Below are positions 63,384 to 64,000 of a stretch of 64,000 nucleotides of DNA, piece after piece. The position numbers were made by a program, and so were the translations under genes. The notes under the pieces were generated by a model, which ran no database searches, was not told the origin of the DNA, and saw only the letters and a program-made list of their open reading frames with translations. The number at the start of each line of letters is the position of its first letter. Position 1 is the stretch's first letter. The stretch comes from Felis catus (lineage: Eukaryota): contig NC_058368.1 of assembly GCF_018350175.1 (NCBI RefSeq), positions 93,436,001 through 93,500,000 on the forward strand. The letters are read 5' to 3'.

Positions 63384-64000
63384 TATATGGTATTTCTATT
63401 TTTAATGTTTTGAAGAATCTCCATACTGTTTTCCACAGTGGCTGTGACAGTTTGCACTCCCACCAATAGTGCAGGAGGATTCTTTTTCCTCCACAACCTC
63501 ACCAATACTTGTTGTTTCTTGTGTCTTTGATTTTAGCCATTTTGACAGGTGGGAAGTGACATCTCACTGCAGTTATGATTTGCATTTCCTTGATGAGAGT
63601 GATGTTGAACATCTTTTCATGTGTCTGTCAGCCATCTGGATGTCTTCTTTGCAAAAATGTCTATTCGAGTCCTCTGCCCATTTTCTCATCAAATTATTTG
63701 GGGCTTTTGGTATCGAGTTGTGTAAGTTCTTTATATGTTTTGGGTATTTACCCAAAGAAAACAAAAATATGAATTAGAAAAGATATATGCACCCCTATGG
63801 TTATTGCAGCATTATTTACAGTAGCCAAGATATGGAAGCAATGCAATAGATGAATGCAAGGGTCCACCGACAGGTGAATGGATAAAGAAGATGTGATACA
63901 CACACACTGTAGTATTACTCAGCCATAAAAAAAGAATCAAATCTTGCCATGCGTAACAACATGGATGGAGCTGGAGGTTGTAAGGCGAAGTTAAGACAGT
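63384..64000 (+). mobile_element. carnivore L1 with a 5' inversion (runs off the window)
   Basis: 63384-63740 is antisense L1 ORF2 end; 63741-64000 is the sense continuation. Confidence 0.85.

Overview
This is felid (cat-family) nuclear DNA, repeat-dense and apparently non-coding (intron or intergenic). It holds about 50 tRNA-derived Can-SINEs, two of which match the young CpG-intact SINEC_Fc type. It also holds several LINE-1 fragments of different ages, including one near-full-length degenerate copy at about 40.3-47.15 kb, plus MIR and L2 relics, MER5A and Tigger2-type DNA transposons, and microsatellites. I recognise no host protein-coding exon, RNA gene or CRISPR array; the ORF track is largely SINE/L1 read-through and chance ORFs. 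I found no well-supported novel biological system. The best leads are: a CpG-retaining promoter/enhancer-like segment with a (CG)n(CA)n Z-DNA tract (~16.8-17.9 kb); a probable ancient CR1/L3 RT relic (~59.5 kb); repeated same-site SINE insertions; two twin-primed L1 insertions; a G-tract inside a SINE's target-site duplication (TSD); and weak evidence for a minus-strand host transcript. Repeat boundaries are approximate and family names come from recall, not a database search.
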